Positions 41,470-51,826 are shown, counted from the first letter of the stretch. The stretch: 64,000 nt of DNA from Acidimicrobiia bacterium (GCA_965215185.1 OZ244034.1:2560001-2624000); one strand, 5' to 3'. A program made the numbers and translations. Notes: generated from the letters alone by a model not told the origin.

Positions 41470-42366
41470 AAGTATGAGTGGTTGAGGCTCCGGTTCCGGT
41501 AGCGGCGGCGTTGCCCAAGAAGCCATTCTGTTCCAGCGCCAGACCGCAGTCCACGCCGGGCTGGTCGCTGTGCCCGAAGCACAAAACATGCTTGGCGTCG
41601 GGGTTGCCGATCGACCAGGTGGTTACGTTGGGAAGGGTGTCGCTGAGGCCTTCGGTGGGAATGTCGTGGATGTTGTCATCGGGAATGTCGAACAACTCCC
41701 GAACGCCGTCGGTGGTGCCATCTGCCCGGGCCTTGTGAACGGGCACGTCTGGAGTCCAAACCAACAGCAGTTCGGTATCGGCGGGATTCCATCCTTGGTC
41801 CATTGCATAATTGAGCCAGGAACCGACCGGCGGCCACTCCGGCTTCGTAATTGTCGGGGCCGAAGGCCACGCATCCGGGGTGGGGGCCGTCGTAGGAGAC
41901 GCAGGGGACTCCAGCGTCGTGGAAGATGCCCGAGATGAGATCTTCCGTGCCGGCGATCCAGTTGGCGAAGATCACTCCGTCAACTTCCTGGGTGATCAGC
42001 AGGTTGGAGCACTCCACGGTCTTTTCCTGGTCGTAGGCGTTGTCACAGTAGATGATGTCAACGCCCATCTCCTCGGCGATGGCGTTGATGTTGTCGGTCA
42101 CGCTGTCGGTGAACGGAATACCGGACAAGCCGTCACCGTAACCGATCCGCCAGCGCTGTTGGGCCGGGCGGATCACCGCTTCATAATCACCGGAAGGCGC
42201 CGCTTCTTCTTCCTCCGTGGCGCCCTCACCGGTTGGCGGGTTCTTCAACCGCGGCGGCCGTGGTCTCAGGGGCCACGGTGGTGGCGGGCTCCTCCTCGGC
42301 ATCTCCTCCACAGGCTGCTGCCAAGAGGGCTACAACCGCCAATCCAACTATCAACTTACGTGGCAT
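41470..42366 (-). pseudogene. Sugar ABC substrate-binding lipoprotein, frameshifted and 3'-truncated
   Basis: MPRKLIVGLAVVALLAAAC lipobox; FGPDNYEAG; at least two frameshifts. Confidence 0.75.
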
Positions 42367-42475
42367 TCGCGACCTTTCTCTGTCAATCAACACAAGGACG
42401 GCCTCTTATTCAGTCGCCGTTAATCGGAAAATACCCTAACTGTGAATTGGGCTGTGAGGCCGGGTAAAGGGCCAG

Positions 42476-43771
42476 TCATTTTGGCCGGGAGAGCCCCCAG
42501 GCATAGGCAGCCAAAGACTGGTTTACGGGATCGTCGGGATGGAATGCTCCTGGTTCCAGATCTTTGACCGTCACCCGCTGTCCTCGTCGGAAGACCTCCT
42601 CAACTTGGCCCACGTGATGTATCTCGGAGAGAGGATCATCCTTAACGATCACCAGATCTGCCACCTTTCCCTCTTCCAGGGTCCCAGTTAGATGGTCCAC
42701 GCCCAACCGTTTGGCGGCCTCTTGGGTGGCGGAGGTAAGCGCTTGGACGGGTGTCAGGCCCGATGCTGTCAGCATGGCCAACTCGTCGTGGAGGCTGAAC
42801 CCAGGGATCAGATACGGCCATGGTGCGTCGGTCCCGCTGATGATCGACACTCCGGCTCGATATAGCAACGGGATCATCTGTCTCATCTCTTCCACTGCCG
42901 CCACCCGACCTCGAGACCCTTCCGGATCGTGGCGGTGCGGGAAAGCGTCCCACGCCGCCCTGATCTCGGCGGGAACCCACCGGAGTCTCGGGTCGGGGCG
43001 GGTAACGAAATGGCTGAGGCGGGCCAGCCGATCCCAAACCACAAGAGTGGGGCACAAGGCCGTGTCGGCCTCGATCAGCGCTGGCGCTAATTCCTTCAGG
43101 TTGACGAGGCGGGCGCCGTCGAAGGGATTGATTATCCCGCTCAAATGCTGGATTTCCGCCACTCCCGCCCGGGCGGCTTCCAGAGCGTTTACTTCTCCCA
43201 GATGAGCCACAACTGGGACCTGGTGGCGGCGGCCGGCCTTTACTGCCGCCTCTACCTGTTCCAGATCAAGATGCACATAGAGCTTGATCTCGTCCACTCC
43301 GGCCGCGGCAAGCGCAGCCACTTTTGCAGCCACGCCCGCCGGGTCCGGGTGGGGTTCTCCGAGCAGCGGCCAGTTGACCGTGTTGCCGTCAAGAACCGGG
43401 CCGCAGCAGCGAATGCGGGGACTGGGCCGCGGATCGGCGGCCAGTCGGCGGCGCAGCCCAAGTATCCAGTCGAGATTGTTGCCGATGTCGCGGACGGTGG
43501 TCACTCCTGCCGCCAGGAGGGCAGGGATCATCCATGAGGCCAGGTGAACATGGCCGTCGATCAAACCCGGGAGGAGGGTGCAGCCAGGAAAACGCAACCG
43601 GTCCATAGCGCCTGGGAGGGTCCTGGCGTCCACGACGCTCTGGATTCGGTCTCCTGTGATTACCAGCGCCTTGCCGGGCTGCGCTTCGGCGTCCGGTGGG
43701 TTCCACAGCCGGTCGGGAACGAGCGCCAGCCGCGGCTGGCGCTCGTCTTGGGAAAAAGATTGGTGTTCCAT
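42476..43771 (-). CDS. Amidohydrolase family protein
   Basis: PGLIDGHVH, GVTTVRD, GTDA, GKVADLVI. Confidence 0.9.
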   Translation of the reverse strand: MEHQSFSQDERQPRLALVPDRLWNPPDAEAQPGKALVITGDRIQSVVDARTLPGAMDRLRFPGCTLLPGLIDGHVHLASWMIPALLAAGVTTVRDIGNNLDWILGLRRRLAADPRPSPRIRCCGPVLDGNTVNWPLLGEPHPDPAGVAAKVAALAAAGVDEIKLYVHLDLEQVEAAVKAGRRHQVPVVAHLGEVNALEAARAGVAEIQHLSGIINPFDGARLVNLKELAPALIEADTALCPTLVVWDRLARLSHFVTRPDPRLRWVPAEIRAAWDAFPHRHDPEGSRGRVAAVEEMRQMIPLLYRAGVSIISGTDAPWPYLIPGFSLHDELAMLTASGLTPVQALTSATQEAAKRLGVDHLTGTLEEGKVADLVIVKDDPLSEIHHVGQVEEVFRRGQRVTVKDLEPGAFHPDDPVNQSLAAYAWGLSRPK

Positions 43772-43856
43772 ATAGAGGCGTACCGGTCGATGCCGAGGTT
43801 TACCCTACCGCTTTGTGAGTCCTGTCGTCCCGAGTCACGCTAGCCTTTTTGGATCA

Positions 43857-44636
43857 ATGAGTGACCACCAGCTTTCGATCGGCGCCGGGCTCGCCGACCG
43901 GGGGGTGATCATCACCGGCGCCGCCAGTGGCATTGGAAGGGCGACCGCTCGGCTGGCTGCGGCTTGCGGGGCGCGAGTGTGCGGGGTGGATCTGAACGGT
44001 CCGGCGTTGCGGGAGGAAGTGAAAGAATGGGATAATCCTGATCGTCATCTGGCCTTAGAGATCGATCTGGCCGGTGCCGACGCTCCCCAAAAAGTGGTCG
44101 ATCAGGCCATCGCGGAGTTCGCTGATCTGTGGGGGTTGGTCCATTGTGCAGGAGTTTTGATACGCCGATGGAGCACGGCCGAGATAACCGTGGAGGATTG
44201 GGACATTCAGCACGGAATAAATCTGAAGGCGTCTTTCTTTTTGAATCAGGCGGTGGGAGAGGCGATCAAAGCCCGCGGCGGGGGCGGACGCATGGTCAAT
44301 CTCAGCTCCCAGGGGTGGTGGACGGGTGGAAGCCACGGGTCGGTGGTTTATGCGGCCTCTAAAGGAGGGATTGTCTCGATGTCGCGCGGGCTTTCCACCG
44401 CTTACGCTCCTCATGGGATCTTGGTGAACTCTATTGCTCCGGGGTTGGTCGACACGCCCATGTTGGGTGTGGGGCTCACTTCATCTGATCTGCAGGCCAT
44501 GGCCGAATCTTGTCCGGTTGGTCGGCTGGCGAGACCCGAAGAGATTGCCCAGGTAGCGGTATTTCTGCTTTCCACTCATGCCAGTTACATCTCGGCAGCC
44601 ACCATAAATGTGAGCGGGGGACTGCTCTTCTACTGA
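43857..44636 (+). CDS. Short-chain dehydrogenase/reductase
   Basis: TGAASGIG, YAASK, VNSIAPG. Confidence 0.92.
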   Translation: MSDHQLSIGAGLADRGVIITGAASGIGRATARLAAACGARVCGVDLNGPALREEVKEWDNPDRHLALEIDLAGADAPQKVVDQAIAEFADLWGLVHCAGVLIRRWSTAEITVEDWDIQHGINLKASFFLNQAVGEAIKARGGGGRMVNLSSQGWWTGGSHGSVVYAASKGGIVSMSRGLSTAYAPHGILVNSIAPGLVDTPMLGVGLTSSDLQAMAESCPVGRLARPEEIAQVAVFLLSTHASYISAATINVSGGLLFY

Positions 44637-44744
44637 TCCACCCAGACGGGCCTGAAAAATTAGATCGGCAGTGGAGTTACCGCTGGTTGTTTCCTTATAT
44701 AGTCGTAACAGTCGAATGACCATCCTGACCAAAGGAGCGACCTC

Positions 44745-46205
44745 ATTACTTCTGACCACACAAACTTGCGAGGGGGGGTAGGTCGGACCGACATAACTCC
44801 TCCGGTCCCAGCCGACCTGGTTGGATACGTGCGCCGGTGGCGTCCCGCCTTGGAGGTGCGGGCGCCGCTCACCGCCACCGCCCTGGTGCTCGATTCCGGC
44901 GCCGAAAGGGTGGCGATATTGGGGATCGACCTGGCAATTCTCAGTCCCGACTACGCCACCATGATCCGAGGACTAATAGCCGAAGCCATCTCCACCCGAC
45001 CCGAATCGGTGCTGCTCAATGTGAGCCACACCCACGCCGGTCCGCATACTCCCGCACGGGTGAAGCTGGGGGGTCGGTTGGACGAGATCAACCCTTCCGA
45101 GCAGGCCTACTTTGAGATTCTCCCGCACCAACTGGTTTCCGCTGCTCGGCTGGCCGCCGAGAACCTGATTCCGGTGCGGGTGGGTTCGGCCAGCACGGAG
45201 GTGAAGGGACTGTCTGTGAACCGCCGGGAGCGGGTGCAGAGAGTGGAGGGGACGGTCGGTTCACTCAACACCATCCTGGGATGGAATCCGGACGGCCCGA
45301 TCGACCGGGATGCGGGAGTGATTCGGGTCGACCGTGAAGACGGTTCGCCTCTGGCGGTGGTGGTCAGCTTCGGATGCCACCCGGTGGTGGTGGGCCCCGA
45401 GGACCCCGCCATCAACCCCGATTTTCCCTGGCCGCTGCGGGAGGCGGTGGAAAAAGCGACCGGGGCCACCTGTTTGTTCTTGCAGGGTGCGGGGGGAAAC
45501 ATCCTTCCCCTGCAGGCTTTCCTTCCCGAGACCGGTCCGGAGCGGGCGTTCGGGGAGAAGTTGGCGGCCGAGGCGTTGCAAGCCTTGGGGAACATCGAGA
45601 CCTTCGAGACCCGCATCGAACGCACCTCCTATGGCTCGGTAACGCCCATCTCCCTATACCGGGTGGTTCGTTCCGAGACGCAGCCTCCTCAGGAACTGGC
45701 GGTGGCGACAACCGTGGTGGACCTACCCCTCAAGCGGGTCCCTACCATCGCCGAGGTTCAGGCCGAGCGGGACCACTACCAAAAGTACCTGGAGGAAGCC
45801 CGCCGGGCCGGGGCCGGTCCCGAGGAGCTCAATCCCATCCAGTACCACATCAGTTGGGCGGATGCGGCTCTCCCCCAGTTGGAAGAAGCGCCCTACGACC
45901 GGGTCCCGGCTTTCATTCAGGCGATCAGAATCGGCGACACGGCGATCGTGACCATTCCCGGTGAGGCCTTTGCCGAGATTGCCCTGGCTATCAGGGAGCG
46001 ATCTCCTGCCGGTCGGGCCAATACCATCTTCTCGGGTTATTCCAACGGGGTTATCTCTTATCTGCCCAGTGCCGCTGAGTACCCTCATGGTGGGTATGAA
46101 GTGGACTACGCCCACCATAGTTATGGTTTGATAGAGCAGGTTGCCCCCGAGTCGGAGGCGATCCTGGTGGAAGCAGGTGTTGCGATGCTCAAGGAGTTGT
46201 GGTAA
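44745..46205 (+). CDS. Neutral/alkaline ceramidase N-terminal-domain family hydrolase
   Basis: DITPP, SHTHAGP, VNRR, GCHP, LQGAGGN, PGE, GGYE; start ATT 44745 or TTG 44766. Confidence 0.8.
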   Translation: MTSDHTNLRGGVGRTDITPPVPADLVGYVRRWRPALEVRAPLTATALVLDSGAERVAILGIDLAILSPDYATMIRGLIAEAISTRPESVLLNVSHTHAGPHTPARVKLGGRLDEINPSEQAYFEILPHQLVSAARLAAENLIPVRVGSASTEVKGLSVNRRERVQRVEGTVGSLNTILGWNPDGPIDRDAGVIRVDREDGSPLAVVVSFGCHPVVVGPEDPAINPDFPWPLREAVEKATGATCLFLQGAGGNILPLQAFLPETGPERAFGEKLAAEALQALGNIETFETRIERTSYGSVTPISLYRVVRSETQPPQELAVATTVVDLPLKRVPTIAEVQAERDHYQKYLEEARRAGAGPEELNPIQYHISWADAALPQLEEAPYDRVPAFIQAIRIGDTAIVTIPGEAFAEIALAIRERSPAGRANTIFSGYSNGVISYLPSAAEYPHGGYEVDYAHHSYGLIEQVAPESEAILVEAGVAMLKELW

Positions 46206-47228
46206 ATGGCCCGCATGCGGATGAACCAGGCGGTGGCGGCAGCCATCGCCGACGAGATGCGGGAAGATGCCGATGTGGTGATGTTCGGTGAGGATATTGC
46301 CGCCGCCGGCGGACCGTTCAAGACTTCGGACGGGCTGTTGGAGGAATTCGGGCCTTCCCGGGTAAGAGATACCCCTATCTCGGAGATGGGCTTTCTGGGA
46401 ATGGCGGTGGGAGCGGCCGCCACCGGCCTCCGGCCCGTGGCCGAAATCATGTTCATAGAGTTTCTGGGGGTGGCGCTGGATCAGTTGGTGACCGAAGCTG
46501 CCAAGTTCCATTACCTGTCCAAGGGCGCGTTCAACTGCCCGATGACCGTTCGGGCTTCGATCGGCGCCGGATTGGGTTTTGGCTGCCAGCATTCCCAGAC
46601 CATGGAGAACTGGATGAGCCACGCTCCCGGGTTGAAGATGGTGATGGTTTCTGGTCCCCAATCCGCCTACGGACTGTTGCGCTCCGCGATCCGCGACCCC
46701 AATCCGGTGGTGGTGCTGGAGCCTCGGGCGCTCTACGGTGGCCGCGGGCCGGTAACTACCGGAGACGAGGGGATCATTCCCCTGGGTAGAGCCCGCCAGG
46801 TGCGGGAAGGCTCCGATGTCACAATCGTCACTGCCGGGGCGATGTTGAGGGTGGCCTTGGCTGCCGCCCAGGCCTCCGACTATTGGTCGGCCGAGGTGAT
46901 CGACCTCCAAACCCTCATCCCCTGGGATCGGGAAGGCATAATGTCGGCGGTGCGGCGGACCGGCCGGCTGGTGATAGTGGAGGAAAGCCCTTACACCTCC
47001 GGTTGGGGGACCGAGATTTCCGCCTATGTAAGTTCCCGGCTGTTCGGGGAATTGAAGGCTCCGGTGTTGCGGGTCACCTGTCCCGATGTTCCCGTGCCCT
47101 TCGGACGGGACCTGGAGCAGCGCTATATGCCCAACAGTGAATACGTAACCGACCAGACCGATCAACTGTTGGCCACCGGCCGGGCGCCCGAGCCATGGTG
47201 GGTGGGAGAAGGGAGGACGGCCCGATGA
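46206..47228 (+). CDS. TPP-dependent 2-oxoacid/acetoin dehydrogenase E1 beta subunit
   Basis: FGEDI, DTPISEMGF, RPVAEIMF, QHSQ. Confidence 0.92.
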   Translation: MARMRMNQAVAAAIADEMREDADVVMFGEDIAAAGGPFKTSDGLLEEFGPSRVRDTPISEMGFLGMAVGAAATGLRPVAEIMFIEFLGVALDQLVTEAAKFHYLSKGAFNCPMTVRASIGAGLGFGCQHSQTMENWMSHAPGLKMVMVSGPQSAYGLLRSAIRDPNPVVVLEPRALYGGRGPVTTGDEGIIPLGRARQVREGSDVTIVTAGAMLRVALAAAQASDYWSAEVIDLQTLIPWDREGIMSAVRRTGRLVIVEESPYTSGWGTEISAYVSSRLFGELKAPVLRVTCPDVPVPFGRDLEQRYMPNSEYVTDQTDQLLATGRAPEPWWVGEGRTAR

Positions 47229-48217
47229 GCGACGGAACGAAGATGGAACGCCGCCAAGCCCTCGCCACCGACCGGGTGGCTCGCTATGAGCGGATGGTGG
47301 AGATCCGCTCATTCGAGGATCGGGTACAGGGGTTGTTTGCCGAGGGTGGGGTGCATGGCACCACCCACACCGCCCAGGGACAGGAGGCGGTGGCGGTGGG
47401 CCTCGCCGCTGCTGCCCGGACCACCGACCTGGTCACCTGCACCTACCGAGGGCACGGCATAGGACTGGCGCTCGGCATGACCCCCGAGGTGATAATGGGG
47501 GAAATCATGGGTCGACAGATGGGCTGTATCGGAGGCATCGCCGGTTCCATGCATCTCGTCGACCGGGAACTGGGTCTGTTTCCAACGTTCGCCATCATCG
47601 GCGCCGGGATTCCGGTGGCGGCCGGAGCGGCACTAACCGCGCAGGTGAAGGGAACCGACGATGTTGCTATCGGCGTGTTCGGCGACGGCGCCTCCAACAT
47701 CGGGGCCTTCCATGAAGGCCTCAATCTGGCGGCCATCTGGAAGCTTCCGGTGGTGTTCATCTGCGAGAACAACCAGTACGGGGAGTACAGCCGGATCAAC
47801 TTGACCACTCCCATCGAGGATCTGGCCGACCGGGCCGTCTCCTATGGCATTCCGGGGATAATTGTCGACGGACAGGATCCCGATCAGACCGTCAAGGCAA
47901 TAGGAGACGCTTTGGAGAGGGCGCGGTCCGGTGGGGGCCCCACCCTTCTGGAGATGAAGACCTACCGCTACGCCGGGCACTCGCGGGCAGACAAGGCAGA
48001 GTACCGACCCGAGGGGGAGTTCGAAAGGTGGTACCAGCGGGACCCCATCAACACCTTCCGGGCAAAGCTCGAAGCCGAGGGGCTGTTAGCCGAGGGCCAA
48101 GCCGCGCAGATAGACCAACGGGTTGCCGCCCGCATCGAAGCGGCGGTTGAAACGGCCAAGGCGAGTCCCCCGGCGAGTGTGGACGCCATGTTCCAAAACA
48201 TCTACGCACCGGCATAG
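47225..48217 (+). CDS. TPP-dependent dehydrogenase E1 alpha subunit
   Basis: GQEA, YRGH, GSMH, GDGA...ENNQY, TYRYAGHS. Confidence 0.92.
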   Translation: MSDGTKMERRQALATDRVARYERMVEIRSFEDRVQGLFAEGGVHGTTHTAQGQEAVAVGLAAAARTTDLVTCTYRGHGIGLALGMTPEVIMGEIMGRQMGCIGGIAGSMHLVDRELGLFPTFAIIGAGIPVAAGAALTAQVKGTDDVAIGVFGDGASNIGAFHEGLNLAAIWKLPVVFICENNQYGEYSRINLTTPIEDLADRAVSYGIPGIIVDGQDPDQTVKAIGDALERARSGGGPTLLEMKTYRYAGHSRADKAEYRPEGEFERWYQRDPINTFRAKLEAEGLLAEGQAAQIDQRVAARIEAAVETAKASPPASVDAMFQNIYAPA

Positions 48218-48234
48218 AAAGGAAGACACAGCCA

Positions 48235-48486
48235 ATGCGGTATGAGGTGAAGATGCCCCGACTGGGCGAGACCGTGGATGAAGTAGTTCTCCTGGAATGG
48301 ATGGTGGAGGTGGGGGACGAAGTGGATAAGGACACCGAACTGGCTCTGGTGGAAACCGACAAGGTGGAGACCGAAGTGCCCTCCCCCGTGGCGGGCACCG
48401 TGACGGAGATAATGGTAGGAGAAGACGCCGAAGTTGTAACCGGCGAGGCGATCTGCGCAATTGAGACATCGCGTATGGCTGGCTAG
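48235..48486 (+). CDS. Stand-alone lipoyl-domain protein
   Basis: MPRLGE...VETDKVETEVPSPVAG; 83 aa with no E2 catalytic domain. Confidence 0.88.
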   Translation: MRYEVKMPRLGETVDEVVLLEWMVEVGDEVDKDTELALVETDKVETEVPSPVAGTVTEIMVGEDAEVVTGEAICAIETSRMAG

Positions 48487-48531
48487 GGCGACTTCGCACC
48501 GAATGGGTGAGAGGACTAACGCCTAAAAGCT

Positions 48532-48867
48532 ATGCGGTCAATTGGATGTCTAGGCTTCCTCGCTGCTTTTTTCTTTTTTATGCTCATGTTGGGTGCGTTG
48601 TTTGCAGCCTACAGAGCATTACCAGCACTCATTGTGGCGTGCATCGTTTACTGGATGGCTTTTGGAATCGGAGCAGTTTTCGATTTCGGTCGCGGTGGCA
48701 GAAGGCTCACGGCTTCGGTGCTCTCTCTTGGCGCCTTTGTATTGGTTCCGTCTTCCCTTTATCTCTCGGTTCAAGGCTTCGAATTAGATAGACCTGCACA
48801 ATTGATGGTGGGACTTGTAGCGATGCTGGTACTGATCTTGGGTTTCTGGTGGTGGTCGGAGGCGTAG
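48532..48867 (+). CDS. Hypothetical small membrane protein (about 4 TM)
   Basis: Hydrophobic ORF; no recognised motif. Confidence 0.5.
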   Translation: MRSIGCLGFLAAFFFFMLMLGALFAAYRALPALIVACIVYWMAFGIGAVFDFGRGGRRLTASVLSLGAFVLVPSSLYLSVQGFELDRPAQLMVGLVAMLVLILGFWWWSEA

Positions 48868-49163
48868 GGGAGGCCAGCTTCTGCGAGTGACAGTTAAAGG
48901 CGCGGGACGGAGGACAGCAGAGAAGCACCTTCCGGTGTTAGCGTTTCCGTCCCGATGTGGAAGCCAGGGCTGTTTGTCGGGGGTGTCCTGTGAAGTGGGG
49001 GCGGTCACCGAGCGGTTCGGCGCACCGGTTGCGACAGAAGGCCATAAACGTTGGCCTTTGGCGTGAATTAAAACACGCTTGGCTGCCATAGCCACCGTCC
49101 TCTCCTCTTAGCATGGATGGTGTCCATTGTCAAATTCTGACAGTATTTTAGAAGGAGGTAAGA

Positions 49164-50483
49164 ATGAAACAAGGTTTAGACAGCTATTTCAATATCTCAG
49201 AGCGGGGCTCCTCGGTAGGCACCGAGGTCCGCGCGGGTGTCACCACTTTCCTGGTGATGGCATACATTTTGTTCGTAAACGCCGGGATTCTGAGCGCCGC
49301 GGGGCTTGATGCCACTGCCGTGGCAGCCGGTACGGCGCTGGTAGCCGCCATCATGACGATCGCTATGGGTGTTTTCTCCAACTACCCGATCGCCATGGCC
49401 GCCGGCCTGGGACTCAATGCCATCGTTGCCTTTGGTCTGACGGCCGACGGCCTTTCGATCCAAGGAGCAATGGGAGTCATTGTCTGGGAAGGCATCTTGG
49501 TAACCATCCTCGTCCTCTTGGGTCTGCGGGAAGCTGTGATGGCAGCGATACCGACCAGTCTCAAGTACTCGATCGGGGTAGGCATAGGCCTCTTCATCCT
49601 GTTCATCGGGTTGGAAACTGGTGGGTTGGTTCAGCAGGGCGGCGCGATCGTCGAGTTCGTGTTTCCCACTACCGCTGCCCACGGCGTGACCTTGATAGGC
49701 GTGCTTATCGGGATTGTTCTCTTGGCGCGCAAGGTCAAGGGGGCGATGATCATCACCATCGTGGCCACCACCATCGTGGCTCTGATAGCAGGAGTGGCCA
49801 GTGTGCCGGATACCATCTCGGCATCCGTGAGCTTCGAGACCTTCGGGGACTTCGACCTGGGCAACTCGTTTGCGGAGCTCGGTGTCCTGGCGGCGATCTT
49901 GACGATCTTCACCCTTATGCTCACCGACTTCTTCGACACGATGGGCACAGCCACCGCCATTGTCGAGCAAGCGGGGTTGAGCGATGACGAAGGTCGGATT
50001 CCTCGCCTCAAGAGCCTGCTGTTGGTCGACTCGCTGGGCGCAGCGATCGGTGGAGTGTTCGGGGTCAGCTCGAACACCAGCTACATCGAGAGTTCGGCAG
50101 GGGTGGCAGAAGGAGGAAAGACCGGACTCACGTCCGTGGTCACGGGGATACTGTTCCTGCTCGCCATTGTCCTGTCGCCTCTGGCTGGGATCGTCCCGGC
50201 GGAGGCGACTGCGCCGGTGCTGATCCTGATCGGTTTTCTCATGGTCGGGCTGCTCAAGCACATCGACTTTACGGACCTGGAGGAAGGATTACCGGCTTTG
50301 CTGGCGATCATCCTCATGCCGCTGGCATTCTCAATCACAGTGGGGATAGCGGCTGGTTTCGTGTCACACACGTTGATCAAGGTGGTGAAGGGCAAGTCGG
50401 GTGAGATTCACCTCTTGATGTGGATAGTCTCGATTGCCTGTGTGATCTACTTCGCCAGCGAGTGGATCGAGATGTTCCTGTAA
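49164..50483 (+). CDS. NCS2/AzgA family purine permease
   Basis: EVRAGVTTFLVMAYILFVN, DFFDTMGT, YIESSAGVAEGG. Confidence 0.93.
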   Translation: MKQGLDSYFNISERGSSVGTEVRAGVTTFLVMAYILFVNAGILSAAGLDATAVAAGTALVAAIMTIAMGVFSNYPIAMAAGLGLNAIVAFGLTADGLSIQGAMGVIVWEGILVTILVLLGLREAVMAAIPTSLKYSIGVGIGLFILFIGLETGGLVQQGGAIVEFVFPTTAAHGVTLIGVLIGIVLLARKVKGAMIITIVATTIVALIAGVASVPDTISASVSFETFGDFDLGNSFAELGVLAAILTIFTLMLTDFFDTMGTATAIVEQAGLSDDEGRIPRLKSLLLVDSLGAAIGGVFGVSSNTSYIESSAGVAEGGKTGLTSVVTGILFLLAIVLSPLAGIVPAEATAPVLILIGFLMVGLLKHIDFTDLEEGLPALLAIILMPLAFSITVGIAAGFVSHTLIKVVKGKSGEIHLLMWIVSIACVIYFASEWIEMFL

Positions 50484-50509
50484 ACCCAGGCGCATATTTT
50501 CATGTCTGC

Positions 50510-50542
50510 GAGAGAGCGCCTTTTGGCGCTCTCTCCCTTTTT
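50510..50542 (+). terminator. Rho-independent terminator
   Basis: GAGAGAGCGCC-TTTT-GGCGCTCTCTC followed by a T-tract. Confidence 0.75.
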
Positions 50543-50616
50543 AGGGACCACATAGCCACTACGGTCTTACGACTAACGTTTTACTAACGTGAAGCCCGCC
50601 GAGAGGGAGCCGAGGC

Positions 50617-51615
50617 ATGGAGAGTTTCGTTCGGGGCCTGCCGAAGACCGAGTTGCACATTCACATCGAGGGGACGCTGGAACCGGAGATGATGTTCGAG
50701 ATGGGGGAGGGCAACGATGTGGCGCTGCCGTTCGGGTCCGTTGAGGAAGTCAAAGCGGCGTACGAGTTCAACGATCTCCAGTCCTTCCTTGACATTTATT
50801 ACCAGGCCGCCTCGGTACTGCAAACGGAGGACGACTTCGCTCAGTTGATGACGGCCTATCTGGTGAGGGCGGCGTCCGACGGAGTCCGTCATGCGGAGAT
50901 CTTCTTCGATCCTCAAACACACACCGAGCGAGGGATCGACATCGGGACGGTGATCCGAGGATTGGCGCGGGGGCAGCAAGAGGTGGCCGAGGTTTCCTCG
51001 ACCCTGATCCTGTGTTTCCTCCGTCATCTCTCGGCCGAGTCGGCAATCGAGGTCTTCGAGAAAGCCCGACCGTTCCTTGGACACATCCAGGGGGTAGGGC
51101 TCGATTCGGGCGAGTTGGATAATCCTCCTGAGCTGTTCGCCGAGCCGTACTGTCTGGCTGTTGAGGCAGGTTTGAGACCGGTGGCCCACGCCGGCGAGGA
51201 GGGTCCGGCGGGATACGTCTGGTCGGCTCTCGATGTATTGGGAGTGGAGCGGATCGACCATGGGGTGCGGGCCGGAGAGGACCCGATCTTGTTGGAGCGG
51301 TTGGTCAAAGAGCAGATTCCCCTCACCATCTGTCCTCTGTCGAACCAAAAACTCCAAGTGTTTCCCGACCTCCGCCGCCACAATCTCAAGGAGTTGATGG
51401 ACACCGGAGTTCTGGTAACTGTCAACTCCGACGACCCTGCCTACTTCGGCGGTTACGTCGGGGACAACTACCTCAGGATCGCTTCGGCCCTGGATCTCTC
51501 CCGCGATGATCTGGTACAACTTGCCCGCAATTCGGTCACAGCTTCTTTCCTGCCTGACGATCGAAAAGCGGCTCTCCAGCAGGAGATCACAGAGTACGTC
51601 GCCTCCGTTCTCTAG
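50617..51615 (+). CDS. add: Adenosine/adenine deaminase
   Basis: LPKTELHIHIEG, HAGEE, RIDHG, NSDDPAYF. Confidence 0.92.
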   Translation: MESFVRGLPKTELHIHIEGTLEPEMMFEMGEGNDVALPFGSVEEVKAAYEFNDLQSFLDIYYQAASVLQTEDDFAQLMTAYLVRAASDGVRHAEIFFDPQTHTERGIDIGTVIRGLARGQQEVAEVSSTLILCFLRHLSAESAIEVFEKARPFLGHIQGVGLDSGELDNPPELFAEPYCLAVEAGLRPVAHAGEEGPAGYVWSALDVLGVERIDHGVRAGEDPILLERLVKEQIPLTICPLSNQKLQVFPDLRRHNLKELMDTGVLVTVNSDDPAYFGGYVGDNYLRIASALDLSRDDLVQLARNSVTASFLPDDRKAALQQEITEYVASVL

Positions 51616-51826
51616 GGTTGAGCACTGAGCCTCCGGTCAATTCTGGGTTGATCTCGGGCGCCGGACTGATTATCTTCGCCATGTCCGCCACTGGCGCCGA
51701 CATGGGCTGGGAACCGGGTGCCCGCCTCTTCGACCTCTGAGATCCGCCAGCCGAGGGGACGCTTACCAATGTGGGCGTCTTTGTGGCCCTGTGGCCATCG
51801 GTATATGTTGTTGTAGTCTTTTCGAG

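Noticed and set aside
45723-47312. 529-aa minus-strand ORF (likewise 31783-32982, 49197-50261, 50584-51519, 61774-62766)
   Set aside because: Antisense to well-supported genes; common in high-GC DNA
49000-49160. Canonical purine or ZTP riboswitch
   Set aside because: Consensus core sequences not found; kept only as an unassigned structured leader
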